Part shown: positions 44,904 through 56,100 of the stretch, one piece after another | Position numbering within the stretch: position 1 is the stretch's first letter | How the letters are laid out: every line of letters starts with the position of its first letter | Assembly: GCA_025558095.1 (NCBI GenBank) | Contig: JAIVFI010000019.1 | Location: 558,001 to 622,000, forward strand | Length of the DNA stretch: 64,000 nt | Direction of reading: 5' to 3' | Source: Hyaloraphidium curvatum SAG 235-1 | Taxonomy: Eukaryota; Fungi; Monoblepharomycota | Notes under the pieces: model-generated | The model's input: only the letters and a program-made list of their open reading frames with translations | What the model was told of the DNA's origin: nothing | The model's database searches: none | Program-made: the position numbers and the translations under genes

Positions 44904-47204
44904 TTAGAGCCTGCTCCTCTTCGGCATCGGCGGCCTCGGGCCCTCCGGGAACGCGAACGGCTCCGGATCCGCAAACCTCCGCAGCACGTTCCTTGTGATC
45001 CTCGCTACCTCATTGTCGTACCCCCGGTAGTCCAGCGCCCCAGCCCACGCAATAGAACCCGTCGAAAACACCGCGCCGCCGCCCGGCGTCTCGAAAAACA
45101 CCATGTCGGCGCGGACGTCGGGGTCCCGCTCGCTGTGCGGGCGCGAGGCGAGGAACTCCTCCTTGACGCGGAGCATGGCCGGGCCGTGGTTTTCGGATGA
45201 GGCGAGGACGAGGGCGTGCGCGGGGGAGCCGAGGTACCTGTCGAAGCTGCGCACAATGTAAGGAGAGATCGTGCGTCGAAGAGCGAGCGGGACCCACCGG
45301 TCGATCTCTTCGCCCGCGGCGCCGCCGCCGATCCGCCCAAAGTCGCCGATGATTTCCTCCTTCACCCCCTGCATCGCAAACGCCGCCCTAGGATCGTCCG
45401 CCCCGGGCATGCGCCTATAGTAGCTCGACTTGTCGAACCCCTGCGCCGCGAACCCGATCCCGCAAAGCCGGTTGGGCGGCCGTCCGTTGCGCCGCCACAG
45501 CCCGCCCAGCCTGCCGTCGCTCTCGTGGAAGTACTCCCCCGGCTCCTCGGGCCACGCCCGGGTGCCGTCTTCTGCGCGGCGGAGCTCCACCGCCGCGGGC
45601 CAGGAGGGTGAATAGCCGGTGCGCCAGTAGAACCCGTTGCCGCCCATGTACATAAGCCGGCCACCCCCCGCCAGGAAGCCCTCGAGGGCGTCCAGCATCT
45701 CGTCCGAGTAGTACTCGGGGTGCGTGCCCGTGACCACCACCCTGGCCCCCGCGAGCGCCGCGGCCCCGCGCAGGTGCAGCGCGTGATCGGTCAGCAGGTC
45801 GTGCCCCGGCGCCTCGCGGGCGAGCCACCGCAGGATGGCTACGTCCGAGGGGAAGGCCCAGTTGCGGGAGTCGGGGGAGATGTTGGCCACGGGGCGGAGC
45901 CACGAGCTGTGCCGGGTGCCGGTACCGTCCGCGTGGAACTCGTACAGGGAGCGGCCCCAGGCACGGTTGTCGTAGAGCTTCTGGACCACGGGGCTGGGCG
46001 GGCCGCCCTTGTTGAGCAGGGTCTTGTCCAGGCCGACGTGGACGGTCTCGTTCGCGTAGGCGAGGTACGTGAATGTCGGGGCGAGGAAAACGACGGGCGT
46101 GCAGGGGCGGTCGGCGGGCTCGACCAGCACGACCGCGTAGGCGGTCTGCCCGCCGCGGGAAAAGGTCGCCGCGTAGGCGCCCGAAGGCAGGTCGGCCGGG
46201 ACGGTCCACTCGGCCGCGGGCGCCCATTCCATGTCGTACTGATCGTCCGACGAGAACTGCGCCGCGGCGTACAGCTCCGGCTTGTCCGACCAGCGCTGCG
46301 TCGAAGAGTCGTAGTGGATCCCCTTGACGGCGCGCGCGGGCCAGTTGAAGAACTCCCCATCCCACGCGTGCGGGCCGAGGTCCTTGAAAGCACGAGTGCC
46401 GATGCCGACGGAAAAGTCCCACCAACCAGCGCCTCCGGCGTCCGCGGGGGGCTGCGGCTGCAGGACGGCCTGCACCACGTTCTCGCATGTCACGGCGCCG
46501 GGAAACAGCCGCGGGGCCTCGATCTTGCCGTCAAAGTGGTTTGAGAAGGTGGGGGAGGGACCAAAGGTCCTCGAGCGCGCGGCGATGGCCAGCCTGTCGG
46601 CGGCGAGCGGGGCGAGCCTGACGGAGGCGGTCGCCCGGTCCTCGACCTCCTTCTCTGCGGGCCCCTCCGCGCCGTGGATGGCCAGCAGATGGAGTGTGCC
46701 CGACGACGCGTCGTAGGTGGCAGCCAGCAGCGTCCACCGCAGCTCGGGCAGCGGGCGCCTCAGCGCGAGGAGGGCCTTGCCGGAGCCGTCGACGACGCAC
46801 GGCCCGCCCTCGTCGTCCAGCTCGATGTAAAGCCCGGCGCCCGTGCGGCTGTCTGCCACGCCCAGCACGGTCTGAGCCCGCCGCGGCCGCGTGGGAAACA
46901 CGGCGCAGCCGAGTGCCCGCGAGTCGAGGGGGAACGGGAGCGCGAGCCGGGCGACGCCGTAGTTCCCAATGTGCTGGGGCTGCGCCGCCACGCTGATCGT
47001 GCCCGCGAACGGCGCATCGATCGGCAACGCATCGATCGCGTCGGTGATGCCGCCGACGGGCGCGCCACGGCCGGTGCCTATGCGGACCAGGCCCGCGTCG
47101 ACGGGGCCGGACGGCGCGGCGTGCACATGGAACGTGACGCGGTCGCCGGGTCTGGCGAAAAGGTGGCTCGGGTACGCCGCAATGGCGGGCTTCGTGGCGG
47201 ACAT
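44904..47204 (-). CDS. N,N-dimethylformamidase large (beta) subunit-family protein with LamG-like insert and C-terminal PTS1
   Basis: FDGKIEAP, WWDFS, TFTYLAYANE, SLYEFHADG, GTHPEYYS, YMGGNGFYW, GGLWRRNGRPP, GFAAQGF, AGEEIDR, VRADMVFFETPGGGAVFSTGSIAW. In-frame intron 45247..45297; ends KRSRL. Confidence 0.9.
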   Translation of the reverse strand: MSATKPAIAAYPSHLFARPGDRVTFHVHAAPSGPVDAGLVRIGTGRGAPVGGITDAIDALPIDAPFAGTISVAAQPQHIGNYGVARLALPFPLDSRALGCAVFPTRPRRAQTVLGVADSRTGAGLYIELDDEGGPCVVDGSGKALLALRRPLPELRWTLLAATYDASSGTLHLLAIHGAEGPAEKEVEDRATASVRLAPLAADRLAIAARSRTFGPSPTFSNHFDGKIEAPRLFPGAVTCENVVQAVLQPQPPADAGGAGWWDFSVGIGTRAFKDLGPHAWDGEFFNWPARAVKGIHYDSSTQRWSDKPELYAAAQFSSDDQYDMEWAPAAEWTVPADLPSGAYAATFSRGGQTAYAVVLVEPADRPCTPVVFLAPTFTYLAYANETVHVGLDKTLLNKGGPPSPVVQKLYDNRAWGRSLYEFHADGTGTRHSSWLRPVANISPDSRNWAFPSDVAILRWLAREAPGHDLLTDHALHLRGAAALAGARVVVTGTHPEYYSDEMLDALEGFLAGGGRLMYMGGNGFYWRTGYSPSWPAAVELRRAEDGTRAWPEEPGEYFHESDGRLGGLWRRNGRPPNRLCGIGFAAQGFDKSSYYRRMPGADDPRAAFAMQGVKEEIIGDFGRIGGGAAGEEIDRWVPLALRRTISPYIVRSFDRYLGSPAHALVLASSENHGPAMLRVKEEFLASRPHSERDPDVRADMVFFETPGGGAVFSTGSIAWAGALDYRGYDNEVARITRNVLRRFADPEPFAFPEGPRPPMPKRSRL

Positions 47205-47635
47205 CGCGGATGGGATGAGGTGAGCGCGTGTGAGGTCTGTCTCCCGCTCCGGCCGCGGGAACCGTTCCGTTCCGTGTAGACCAGGACCAGGTTGCCCTGC
47301 TAAACTCCTGAGCCCCACATTGCGTTGCCAGGGTGAAGTAGAGTCATGGAGCCAAATAGCATCAGATACGGCCATATCTACCAGAAAGCACCAGTTCTCG
47401 TCAGACCACTGAAGTTAAGCTGGTATGAGCCACGTCAGTACTGTGGTGGGAGACCACACGGGAATACGTGGTGCTGTATCTTTTCTCTTTTTCGCGGACG
47501 GATCTTCCACGAGGCGCTGGAAAGGATTGTTTTTGATCATTGCTGGCCCCGATGTGCTCACCGGCGCCATCGGGGTGAGGTGGAAGAGCTCGAAGCATTG
47601 CACGACACGCCGCAGAGAAAACGATCTTCCGTGGT

Positions 47636-47705
47636 CAACGCAATACCCGGCGCCAACGCAATACCCGGCGCCAACGCATTACCGGCGCCAAAACATTACC
47701 GGCGC
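47636..47705. repeat. 17-18 bp tandem repeat x4 (CAACGCAATACCCGGCGC, degenerating)
   Basis: Two perfect 18-mers followed by two 17-mer variants. Confidence 0.9.
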
Positions 47706-47732
47706 CACGGTGGGCACTCTTTCAGCACCAGC

Positions 47733-50700
47733 TTACATGGCTCCAACCTGCTGCAAGACCACCTGCACCTTGAGCATGTTGATGCGAACCCCGCCGTGGA
47801 GGCCATCCTCCGTGTAGCTCGCGCTCCCTGCCGTGCTGAGCCCGTACGAGTCCACGAACGCCGACCCCGGAGCGTTGGCCCCCGCGCAGGCCTGCCATCC
47901 CGAGTTGAACGCCTCCACGGGAGCGTTGTTCCCGTCCACCCAGGTCTTCTGCTCGATCCGGTGCATGCCCAGCACGACCAGCCGCGAGTACGGGATGCCG
48001 TACTTGGCGAACAGCGCGGCGATCGGCTTGAGCACGTTGTCGCAGTTGTAGGCCGCGTTGTAGGCCCCCGTGCCGAGCTGGCTGTAGGGCGGCGTGCCGC
48101 CGACGACCACGACGACGCTGCTGGAGGCCTGCTGGATGACGGTCTCGAGGTCGGCCATGATGTTCATCGACGCCGTGTCGGTTGTCCAGTCCGTGAACAT
48201 GCCAAAGTAGTCCACCAAGCTCCGTTTCGCGCAGATGTCACTCGTATACCAATACTTCCAGACTGTAGGCGAGTACCAATGCTCCGTCTTGTTGCGCCCC
48301 ATGGAACTCTGCGCGTAATTCTTGCATTGCTGGTTGTTTTCCATCAGATACGGGCTCTGGCAACGGCACGTGGCGTTGATCGTGCTGGGCGTCAGGGGGG
48401 ACATGTAGCCGAGCTCCGCGTCTTCCCGCAGCAGGGCATGCAGCTCGTCGTGCACGTGTTTGGTCAGCGAGTCGCCGATGAATACGGTCCGCGCGGCACG
48501 GGTCAGGGCGCCGCAGGCTTGGGAGGCACCCCACCACCGGAGATCGCACGAAGGCCTAAAAGGTCCGTCGTAGCTCGTCCGCTGGCCCGGCATCGCATCA
48601 ACAACGGGGTTGGCGCACGCGCGGGCGTCCAGGGGTTCGCCGAGGCCGCCGATCGACTGGTTGAAAGAGCAACGCGCGAGGCTGGCGTTCCACGCCGTGG
48701 TCAGCGACGCGCCGCTGGGCAAGGGGCTCGACGTCGGGGCGGCGAAGGTGACGGTCGTCGCCATGACCGGCGTCTGCGTCGTCGCGGTCGCGGTGGTCAC
48801 CGGCGTGGCCGGCGAGATGCCGTAGGTCTTGTAGACGTTGCCCACGGGGCTCAGCTGGAAATGGCTGCTGTACAGCTGGTGGTAGATGTAGGCGCCGTCG
48901 GCGGAAGCGGCCTGGTGCGTCCACCATGCGTAGCGCTCGATATCCGCGCGACCATCGAGGTATGCGAGGAGCTGCTGGGCATATGCGGTCATGGGGGCGT
49001 AGCCTTGAGCAAGAGGGTACGGATAGGCGGGCCACTCCCAAGTCGGCATGCATCTACGACCACGCACGTCAGAGGAAAGTACCGCGGCGAGTCGGCGCGG
49101 CTTGCTCACCCGAACTCGGTAACCCAGACCGGCTGCCCGTACTTGACCGTCCTCTTGTCTAGCTCGGCCACGAACTTGGTGAAATCGCAATTATAGATGT
49201 GCACGGGGTTGAAGTCCACCCTGCACCCGCGCTGGCCGTACGGCTTGCCGGCGCACTGCTTGCAGACCGACGCCCCGAGCGTCGACGCCGCCTGGCACGT
49301 GGTCCCAGTCCCGCCGAAGGACGCCTCGATGCAGTAATACTTGTCGCATTCCGTGTACCAGCTGTCGAGCCAGGGCGGCGACGAGCCGATCGCCGGCCCG
49401 CCCAGGCGGAGGCCGTACTTTGCAGCGGCCCGCTCCAGGAGGTACCACTGCTGCGCGCCGACGGCGGGGCTGATGTTGGCCTGGTCCGCGCGGTCGGGCT
49501 CGTTCCAGCCCAGCAGGACGCGGGTCGTCTGCCTCGTACTGAGCGTGGCGAGGTTGGCGTCGAGGCTGGCGATGTTGGCCGGGCTCCACTGCATTGGGAC
49601 GTACTCCCAGGGCGGGTTCGCGCTGGCGCCGAACAGGACGGGGTTGGGCGTCTGCCAGTTGTACGGCATCACGTCCCACGAGTACCTGAACGCACTGATT
49701 CAGCGTGTACGGATGTGTGGCGCTAGCGGCGAAACGCACCACCAGGATGCCTGGCCCGTGAAGTTGCGCAATACCGCATTCTGGTCCGCCAGCCAGATGC
49801 CGTGGCCGCGCTTGGAGAAGGAGGTGCCCGGAGGCGGCGGCGGCGGAGGGGGCGGGGCAGGTGCTGCCGTCGTCGCCGTCCTCGTCGTCGAGCTGGCGTG
49901 GGGAGCGGTCGCGGTGCGAGAAGCAGTCTGGCTCCTGCTGGTGCTGGATTTCGTGCGGGTGCTTGACGATCGGGTCTGGGTCCGGCTCGTGGTGGCCTTG
50001 ATTATGGCGGCCGTCGTCGACGTCGGGCGCGGGGCGGTCGTGGACGGCGGCAGCTTCGTCGGGGTCGGAGGCAGCAGCGCCGTTGTCGGAGCGGCCAAAG
50101 TCGGTGCCGGCTGCGTCGTGCTCTGCGCGGCCAACGTGGGGGGCGGCGGTGCCACGGTGGTGTTGCCTCCCAGGCCAAAGGTCTTGTAAGTCTCGCCAAC
50201 GGGGCTCAAGTCATACTGGGCCGTGCCGTAGAGCTGGTGGTAGACATAGCTGCCGTCCGAGGCCGAGGCGCGGTGAGTGAACCAGGCGTAGCGCTCGACG
50301 TCGGGCCGGGAATCGAGGTAGGTGATCAGCTGCTTGATGTAGGCGACCATGGGGTCGTAGCTCTGGGCGACGGGGTAGGGGAAGACGGGGATTTCCGAAC
50401 CGGGCAAGCAGCTGTCGACAAATGCGTCAGCCCGCGGCGCCCGAATCCACGGACGATCGGGTCACCCACCCGAACTCGGTGACCCAGACGGGAAGACCGT
50501 ACTTGGTCGTCCTGGCGTCGAGATCTGAGGCGAACTTGGTGAAGTTGCACTGGAAGACGTGCGCGGCGACGAAGTCCACCCGACACCCGCGGCGCCCGAA
50601 CGGCAGGCCCTTGCACTTCTTGCAGGAGTCCGCGCCGAGTGTGCCGGCGGCCTGGCACGTCTTTCCGGTGCCGCCGAACTGCGATTCGATGCAGTACCAG

Positions 50701-51301
50701 GCGTCACATTGGGTGCTCCAGACGTCCATCCTGGCCTGCAGTGAGTTCGCGGCACTCGGAGGGACCGAACCACGCCGAACCCACCATGGCGGGTAGTTTC
50801 CCATCGCGGGGGAGCCAAGGCGAAGGCCGTACTTGGCCGCGGCCCTCTCCAATAGGTACCAGTTGCGTGCCGCAGGGGTCGGCATGATGTTGGCCCGCTC
50901 CGCCCGATCCGGCTCGTCGTAGCCCAGCAGGACTTGCACGGGCTGTTGGGCCACGAGGGCGGCCAGGATGGCGTCGAGGTCGGTAATGTTGTTGAGTGCC
51001 CGCTGTAAGTGGCGCGGGGTAAGTCGCCGTCCGCTGTGAGGGCGCGAGGACGGACCTGCATTGCAACGAACTCGAACGGCGGCGCGGCGGCGGCCCCTGC
51101 GGCCAGCGCGGCGGGGTCTGCGGGGGCGGCTGAGTAGGAATGCCACCATCCCGCGGCGCCGGCGAAGGTGCGGAGCGGCGCAGCCTGGTCGGCGAGGCGG
51201 ACGGCGTGGCCGCGCTTCCCCACGGCGGACTGCGCGGCCGCGGCGGGCAGCAGCACGAGCAGCGCCGCCAAGAGGGGGGGGATCAATCGGCGGAACCGCA
51301 T
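47733..51301 (-). CDS. Secreted modular enzyme: GH128 + GH128 + SGNH/PC-esterase-like domain
   Basis: Signal peptide; two domains each with KRG, LLG(Y/W)(D/N)EPD, PVWVTEFG, ERYAW; Thr/Pro linkers; C-terminal FIGDS..DGLH; ~5 introns. Confidence 0.85.
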
Positions 51302-51798
51302 CGCTGCTTTCGCGGCTGCGGGGTGCGGAGATTTGGCGAGGTTACGGTTTCGGGGCCCCGACGTCGCACAGCCCCGAGACTGCGGCATGCCTACCCTCAA
51401 AATGGGGTCGGCAAACGTCTTGGCGTTCGTTGGGCCTTGCGGTGCGTCACTATGCCGAGTATTTGCAGCCCTCATTCGGCATGTTGCCTGGGCCTGCACC
51501 TGCGAATAGGACGCGGCATCGTGCGTCGTTGGGGAGGTGACCTATTGCCCTCATTGTCCGCAACAGGAACACCGCCCTGCGCAACAGCCGAGCATTCTGG
51601 CCCCGGTTCCGGACTGCGAGGCAGCACCGCCCTCGCCAGGCAATCGGGGTCCGTGACGCAAGTTCCCCGGCCGACTTCCGCCGCGGATGCGCACCGCGGC
51701 GCCTGAATGGTAGCCTGTACTGAACGGTCCGAGTAGCACCGCGCAGAACACTGCTGTCACGATGCACGACGGTGCAGGAGATGCCGTACGTCCGACAT

Positions 51799-52691
51799 CT
51801 ACCCCTCGTCCTTGCACACCCACGACGCCGGGACCATCTGCACCTCCCTCACCGCCCTCCACTGCCCCCCGCCCCTCGCTGGATCCCCCAGCACCGGCAA
51901 CCCCACCGGCCCGCTCGGCGTCTTCAGCACCTCCCCCACCCACCCCCTCAGCCCCTCGTCGTCGAACCCACCCGCCTCGCACACCCGCGCCACGAACGCC
52001 GCGTCGGTCGGCGCGCCGTGCACCGAGACCACCTTGTCCAGCGTCCTCTGGTCCGCGAACGGCCGGATGGCGGCAAGCAGGAGGTCGAACACGCCCGGCG
52101 GGTTGACGAGGACCAGCCTGCCCAGGCGTTCGGGGAAGTGCGCCTCGAACGTGGAGGCGAAGGTGATCCCCAGGCGGGCCTGCATCGCGTGCCGCAGGCC
52201 GAACCCGGCGAAATCGACGAGCCAGGTCCATTGCCCCGAGGTGGTGAAGGGGTGGGAGAAGCACAGCTCGAGGCAGCGCACGACGTGGTCCACCGTTTCC
52301 GGGACCGAGGATCTGGTCGCCCGCGGGGGGGAGCCGTACACCACCACGCGGCCGGACGAGTCCCAGCCGACGGGGAGGAAGCAGTGCGCCTTTTCTTCCG
52401 CGTCGCAGTCGGGGCATCTGAGGGGCATGCCGGGGGGGAGCACCGTCCGGCGCCATTCGAGGGTGCGGCGGAGCATCGCCAGCGCGGCCTCGGGGTCGCC
52501 CGGCGCGCGGAGAGGTACCGCCGCAGGGTGGCGTCGCTGAGGAAAGCGTTGGCGCCGGGGAGGGCGACGAGCGGGAGGACCCGCTCGTCGCGCCAGGCGA
52601 CGAGGGGGACGAGGCCCGATTCGGGGGGCGGGTCCGAGGGGTTCGGCGGGGAATCGGGGCCATCGGCCGGGGGGGACGCGTTCGGAGGCAT
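51799..52691 (-). CDS. CRAL-TRIO (Sec14-like) lipid-binding protein, apparent 1-nt frameshift near 52500
   Basis: DATLRRYLSAR in one frame; AMLRRTLEWR..GWDSSGRVV..WLVDFAGF..HFPERLG..VNPP in another. Confidence 0.8.
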
Positions 52692-53153
52692 GGAAGACGC
52701 GTCGCTATGTAGGCAGATGCCCGTTCGATGTCTGCAGGGCCCTTTTCTGCTGTCGGCAGTAGGCGGGCGGAGTTCGAAAACCGATCGTTCGCCACGCCCA
52801 TGAGTTCAAGCAGTCAGGCATTCACGCTAATCCGCTAGTTGGACGTCCGATGATCCGCCGTCATGGAAATGGATGGATTCGGATGAGTGAGATAGAATGG
52901 GACTTGCCTTTGCGACGTGCGATCAATCGAGTCGAGATGTCCATTCTGGGAAAGCACGCCGGAATCGTGCCACGCCGACCACGTGAACTGGATGTGGTAA
53001 TCCTAACGTTCTTCGCAGCATTCCACCGCCCTGCTTGCTCTCTGAATCGTGCAGCAGGCGCGTCCAGGGGGGGCTTCCGCATTTGGCGCTTTGTGCCGGC
53101 GCGGGGCCGACCGCGGCGTCAACAACAGCCCGCAGGGACCTCCGCTGCCCGCA

Positions 53154-56100
53154 ATGTGGCGGCTGTTTGGCGGGTCGTCGTCGCCGGCGCCGGCTTCTGC
53201 GCCTGCGCCCGCGACCGACAACCTGTTTGCGCGGGCGGAGCCGCTGCTCGACGACGGCGAGACGGACGAATGGGTCGCCGAGGCGCTGGGCGGGCCTCGG
53301 AGTGCCCCGTCCGGCGGCCCCTGGAACTCCCAATCCGGATTTAAGCAGCCAATTAATCAGCCGAGGACGCCTCCGAAGCGGCAGGGCGTGGCGGTGACGG
53401 CGCTGCCCGCGCCGCCCGCGTCGTTCGGCGGCCCGCCCGCGCCGCTGCCCGCGCCGCCGTCGGCCCCGCCGCTCCTCCACCCGACGCTCTCAGCCGTGCA
53501 GCCGCTCCCGCCCGCGTTCCCCGAGCCGCTGCCGACGGTGCCCCGCGGCGCCGCGCCCGCCGGGTTCCCCGCCGCCCCGGCCGCCGCACGCTACGCACGC
53601 ACCACGCGGCTCGAGGCGCGCAGCTGGGCCGTCGCGGGCCCCGCCGCGCAGCAGCCGCAGGCGCTGCCGGCCGCACCGGGCTCGGGGCCCATCATGGCGT
53701 ACCTGGCGAACCTCGAGGCGCGGGCGGAGCTGGCCGCGGGCACGCCCGGCGGCGGGCTGGCCAGCTCGTCGTCGCTGGGCGGCTCGGGGGCGGCGCTGGA
53801 CGCCGCAGCACCCGTCTCGCGGCTGACGGCGCCCGGCGAGCGCACCGTATTCGACCTGGCCGGGCTGTCGGGCCCCTCGGGCGGCAAGCCCACCCCTCCC
53901 TCCTCCCCGCCAAAGAAACCCCCCGCGCCGCCCGCCGCACCCGCGGAATCCACCTACTTCCCCGAGTTTCCGACCTCCCCCGAGGACGCCGACGACCCCT
54001 TGGGCGTCTTCTCCCCCCCGCCGGCCTCGGACCCCTCGCGCGTGAAGGAGATGCGCCCGCCCGCGATGCAGGAGATGCTCGCAGCCCTCGAGGACCACGA
54101 CTGGGGCATGGACGTGCCCGAGGGCGGCGAGGTGTCCGCCAAGGAGCGCGGGAAGAAGCCGCAGACAAAGAGCGGCGTGCTGAAGCAGCTGCAGGACCAG
54201 CTCTCGCGCGAGGACAAGGTGATCCCCCCCCCGGCGGTCCTGCTTCCCGTCCGTGCTCACCTCCCGCTTCCCGTGCGCCAGATCGCATACCTCCGCCTCG
54301 TCCGCCTACTCCTCCTCCGCTCGCGGCACCACCCCTTCCACCCCACCACCCTCCCCCCCCTCCCCCGCTCCGCCAAGCGCAGGATCGAAAAGGCCCGCGC
54401 GCACGCGACCTCGCGGTACGCGCTGTACGCGTTGAGGACGCAGGAGAAGCTGGCGCTGTACCTGGACCTGGAGCCCGAGGAGAGGGCCAGGGCCGAGGCG
54501 GGGGGAACGAGCGCGGAGGAGGTGGCGAAGGGGTTGAACAGGCCGGTGAGCTCCAGGAGGAGGCAGAACACCGAGGAGGGGAGCGAGGCGGGGAAGGGCG
54601 GGTCGGAAGGCGGGGCCGGGGAGGTGGAGGAGCGGGTTGCGGAGGGGGGGGAGCCGGTTTCGGCCGGAGGCGAGGCGGGGACGGGTTCATCGGAGTCGGC
54701 GGAGGAGCCGCCTGCTGGCCCGGCAACGGACCTTCTGGACTTTTCCGACGGGGACGCGGCGCCGCCCGCAGGGACCGTGTTCGTGGACCTGCTCGGCGAG
54801 CCCGAGGACGTGCAGGTGGAGGGCGAGCCTGCTGGGACGTTCGAGGAGGCACCGCCAGCACCAGAGCAGGGCGTCCAGGCGGACGCTTCCGACCCTTTTG
54901 CCGCGTTTGCCGGTCTGGATTCGCTCGAAGCAAAGGGCAGCGCGAGCCCGAAGGACGAGGGCGGGAGCGCGGAAGCCGCCTCTCCCGCGGACAAGGACGC
55001 GAGCCCGCAGGGCGACGCCGACGCGGAGCTCCCCACGGACCCGCGGCACCCCCTCCTCTCGCACTTCTTCCTCCTCTCCGTCGCCGACGGCCTCGGATAC
55101 CCCCCCTACGCGCGCACCCTGCTCCGCGAGCTCGCGCGGCAGCTTTCCTTGGACTCGTACGACGTCGTGCGGATCGAGTCGGGGCTCTCGGCGCAGCTCG
55201 GGATCTTCGGCACCGACGACGACGCGGCCGAGGAGGTCAAGCTGCGGTCCGAGGCGGACCGCAGCATAGCGGCCAGGGAGCGCGCCGAGCGGCTCAAGAA
55301 GTGGGCCGTGGTGGGGCTCGCTGCCGTCGGCGGGGGCGCCATCATCGGGCTCTCGGCGGGGGTCATGGCCCCCCTGATCGGCGCAGGGGTCTCGGCGACG
55401 CTGGGCATGGTCGGGGTGGGGGGCACCGCGACGTTCCTCAGCTCCACCGCGGGCGCGGCGGTGATCGCAGCCGGCGGCGCGGGGATCGGGTCCACGCTAT
55501 CGGCCAAAAAGATGGCCAAGCGCACCCGGCGGCTGGCCACGTTCGACCTGCTCCCCGTGCGCCCGGCGTACGTGGCCGAGGAGGACGCGTACGTGCCGCT
55601 GCGGTACCCGTCGGTGACCATCTGCGTGTCGGGGTGGCTTTCCGAGGGGGAGAAGGACTTCCACACGCCGTGGTCGACCGTCTCGCCGGGGGCGCTGGGG
55701 GAGCTGCACACGCTGCGGTGGGAGCCGTCGGACCTCGAGTCGCTCGGCTCCGCCTTCCGCATCATCGCGGGCGAGGTCATCTCGTTCGGCGTGCAGCAGG
55801 TGCTCGGCGCCACGGTGCTGCACGCGCTCATGCTCGGCCTCACCCTGCCCATGTGGATGCTCAAGCTCGGGTACGCGCTGGACAACCCCTGGGGGATCGG
55901 CCTGACCAAGGCCAAGAAGGCCGGGCAGGTGCTCGCGGACGCCATCGCGGCGCAGGCGCAGGGCTACCGCCCCGTGACCCTGGTCGGGTTCAGCCTGGGG
56001 GCCAGGGTGGTGTTCTACTGCCTTTTGGAGCTGGCGCAGCGCGGGCTCGCGGAGCTGGTCGAGGACGCGGTGCTGGTCGGGGCGCCGGTGATGGCGACCG

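Noticed and set aside
37773-47204. Bacterial contamination or chimeric contig
   Set aside because: The bacterial-type genes carry spliceosomal introns or are interleaved with intron-rich eukaryotic genes; no operon structure.
47636-47705. CRISPR-like array
   Set aside because: No spacers, no cas genes, eukaryotic context.
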